From Lingula anatina (lineage: Eukaryota; Animalia; Brachiopoda), in contig JBPQGU010000016.1 of assembly GCA_051362555.1 (NCBI GenBank), forward strand, positions 6,200,001 through 6,264,000: a DNA stretch of 64,000 nucleotides. Direction: 5' to 3'. A program made the position numbers and the translations under genes. Positions 61,021 through 64,000 of this stretch are shown piece after piece; positions within the stretch are counted from its first letter, which is position 1, and each line of letters starts with the position of its first letter. The notes under the pieces were generated by a model, which did no database searches, was not told the origin of the DNA, and saw only the letters and a list, made by a program, of their open reading frames with translations.

Positions 61021-61638
61021 TCCATGTGTACAATACATGATATGTGGCAAGATTTAGGGCATTGTCAAATATTGTGCTAACAGCAACCCATTCCAGAAAC
61101 CCATTGTAAGGAGTAATCTGCATCTGGCATTGAAAGTAAGGAGAAGTCTTGTATGGGTATATATTGATTTCCAGATGACAGTTACAGGTAATTTGCAACC
61201 TCCTACACAAACAAACTCAAATCATCACATATGCCATTTCCTTCGATAGTAAATAATACATTGCAATATTGAAATATTTGTTTTGTTTAATTGTCACGCT
61301 TCTGATTATCAATTTCCAATAAACTTGACACTTAAAAAAAAGACACAGACAACTGATCAGCTTATCACAGACTTTTATTATTGTTAAGCATCATTTGTAC
61401 AGATTTCAGAAACATTGGACAAGATTTGTCAAAATTATTAACGTTTAACTATTTTAAATCATTTAATTTGCCAGTGTTTTCATTGTAATTTTCAGTTTTC
61501 TCAAATATTTCGTCCAAAGAAAATACTTTTCATCAGACACGTTCAACTGATCAGCTTATCACATATTTTTATTGTTGTTAAGTATCATATGTAAAAATTT
61601 CAGAAATATTTGACAAGATTTGTCAAAATTATCGTCCA

Positions 61639-61784
61639 AAGAACAAGAGATAGTATGAGGCAAAGGAAGGAAAGAATGTGGTAGTATTTCAATTAGAATG
61701 GGGAATGAAAGTTCTGCAGAAAAACTTTCATAAGGTTGGGTGGAAAAGTGGCAAGCTAGAGACAGATTGGATTGGACCATACAG
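61639..61784 (+). pseudogene. Integrase GPY/F-motif exon fragment (Ginger/GIN1-like)
   Basis: KNKR*YEAKEGKNVVVFQLEWGMKVLQKNFHKVGWKSGKLETDWIGPY, followed directly by donor AG|GTAAAT. Confidence 0.6.
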
Positions 61785-62452
61785 GTAAATCATAATCATC
61801 ATCCACTTGTTCACTTATTCAATGCATATATTTTTGTCATATTTCATACAATTTTGATTAAAATTAAATTCAAAGGAAGAACAACTGTTCATTTTGTCCA
61901 AAAACCAGATTTTCCTAGGGTAAACAATTTTCTATACTGTTAATGACTCCATTCTGACATTCAAAGTTAGTATAGTCCATGTTTTTTGTAAGAATCATAT
62001 CATGAAGGTCCATCTCGTCAGATGGCAAGCACAGATTCAAGAATAATAGTAATAATCACTGTTTTGGTGGTAAAGTGTTATTCATTATAATTCTAGGAAA
62101 TATTTACAATGTTTTTATTGTGAAATATTAATTGCATACGAACAGTTGTTATTTCTTAATTTTGACTTAAAGATACAGATATTAGTAGTATATTGGGGGT
62201 GGGTGCAAAATAAAATGTAGCTAGCAATTCAGCATGTCAAAATATACATTATCAAAGCTCTCTAGTACCACTGTGGCTTGCTTGCATACAATTCTCATAA
62301 TACATGTAATACTTCTAGGGTAAAAAAAATGGACCAGAAGCAGAATGGAAGGGAAAGAGCTAAAAACCAAGGTGCCTTAGTTATATTCACTTGAAACCAT
62401 ACACAGAAGGTTAGTTACTTATTCCATCTATGCATGACTCCATCTAGGCTAA

Positions 62453-62696
62453 GACTGGGTTCCCATACTTAGATCGATCTATCTGGATCGACCTAACTTC
62501 CTGGGGATTCACGCTAAATTGCAGTCCGCTCAAGAGGCTTAAATGTCTGTCACACTTACCGAATCAGCTAGCGGTAAAGGTAATTACCCCTTAACAGTTT
62601 TACTAGGCATGACAGACGTTTAAGCTGGTTAGTTTGATAGCAATTTAGTGAGACTCCCCAGGGAGATAGATCAATCCAAATATCTGTGGGAATGGT
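62453..62696. mobile_element. MITE (AGATCGATCT family)
   Basis: taa-GACTGGGTTCCCATACTTAGATCGATC ... GATCAATCCAAATATCTGTGGGAATGG; internal similarity to the copies at 12762 and 32518. Confidence 0.75.
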
Positions 62697-63217
62697 AAGG
62701 CTACATTCCTGCTTGCATAATTGCATACTGTAACAATAGAATTTATGAATAGAAAACTTTTCACTAAATCGTATGGTAACTTATTGTTAATTGCTTCTTG
62801 ATATACTGAAAATATTAGCTGAACAGTTTCAAGTTAGGATATTGCATGTAGGTTTTACTGAACGTTGCTTGGTAGTGGTAATACAACAAATGTGTAGTTA
62901 AAGAATTCACACCCTGTCCCCTGACATAATTTTTGTAGTGTACCAACATAACCAATTGTTTTGTCCTTTTCAGAGGTTTGGAAAACACCATGACCAAGCC
63001 AAAGTGTTTTTTTTTTTTTTTTTTAGTTTTTTTTTTTTTTTTTGTTAAGATTTTTAGGTTTTAAATGGTCATGACCACTCTCTTATGTGATTTAGAGATT
63101 TTATTTTTGTCCGCCTGTAGCTTTAAATTTATATCAGAAAATTCAGATATTACTTTTGCCTTGTAAGCAATGTTAAAACTGTGTTATAGGTCCAACACAG
63201 TTGGCTCCAACTCTTAT

Positions 63218-64000
63218 TATTACAGGAATCATGTAGATGTATTGATATGTGGATAATAATAATAATTGTAGGTCTAGTGTGAAAAATATTTTTAATTTAG
63301 CGTACACTATTTTACTTAGAACTAGTAACCACAGTAATTAATTTTCACTTGGAAAATAAGTTCATTGGGGTGTTTTAAAGCCAAACTATCTGGGATTTGA
63401 CATGCATAGATTCTCTTTGTAACATGTAATCTGAATAGTAAAAAAGTGTGTTCAACCATTCGCAGTGTGGTTCCAGTATCTACTTTAAAGTTAAAATACC
63501 TGCTCAACAAGAGGTCTATCATATACTTCAGTTGGTACAATTGCTGCAAATATATGCAATTCAGCACAGGCCAATCTGTATATTTATGACCTTGATGGAA
63601 GTGTAAATGTCAAAAGGAATGTATTTATGGAATGGATTTGAATACTCTCTTTATTAATCTTACCAGTGCAAAGGATATTACGGACATTATGTGTGAGGTG
63701 TTGGATACAAACTATATACAGTAACCACTGCTGTTTGGAAATCTTTTAAGACTGATCACTCTGTACCAAGGACAGCATAAACAGAGACTGAATACAACAA
63801 ACCACTAGAACAAACCAAAGGACTTAATAAACATTTGCCTTGATCTTGCTTTACACTATCAGGTGGGAAAGGCAATATGTTTTCAAATGTTTGATATTAA
63901 TTGGATGTCTGTTTGTGCCCTTAGATTGCCCTTAGATTTACCTGTATATTGTATATAGTTCATTCTTGAACAACCAATTCTAATGTATACATAGACGTAG
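63218..64000 (+). repeat. Duplicated segment (paralog of 15711..16505)
   Basis: Near-identical sequence to the window end. Confidence 0.95.

Larger units (their letters stand above)
45170..61636. repeat. 196-bp satellite with ~570-bp cassette units (higher-order period ~957 bp in part), interrupted by the BEL and L2 insertions
   Basis: agtcaactgat at 45699, 45895, 46091, 46287, then 46855, ~47050, 47244, 47814; resumes at 55281 and 61021. Confidence 0.93.

Overview
AT-rich eukaryotic (probably marine invertebrate) DNA dominated by repeats and by a large direct segmental duplication (1..~6885 matches 37061..~46410; ~15711..16505 matches ~63218..64000). The duplication carries two copies of a minus-strand spliced gene that the ORF track misses. 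It encodes an N-terminal CBM20-like (starch/glycogen-binding) domain, a stalk of five symmetric phase-1 micro-exons (48-63 nt) and a basic, Cys-containing amphipathic C-terminal tail. Copy 2 (39376..36928) is intact at about 239 aa; copy 1 is truncated to a CBM20-only product by a 209-bp microhomology deletion. Mobile DNA: an intact young BEL/Pao LTR retrotransposon (48073..55275, 587-bp LTRs with no difference seen, ATAAA TSD, 1833-aa polyprotein), a 5'-truncated L2-type LINE, four Helentron/HINE-type non-autonomous elements (three in one nested stack), two Sola-like TIR elements, several MITEs, a Penelope remnant with a minimal hammerhead motif, decayed Ulp1-protease/PHD and Ginger-like integrase fragments. 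Also present: a tRNA-Gly pseudogene, minisatellites, and a 196-bp satellite with a higher-order exon-like cassette. All calls come from reading the sequence by eye; no searches were run.
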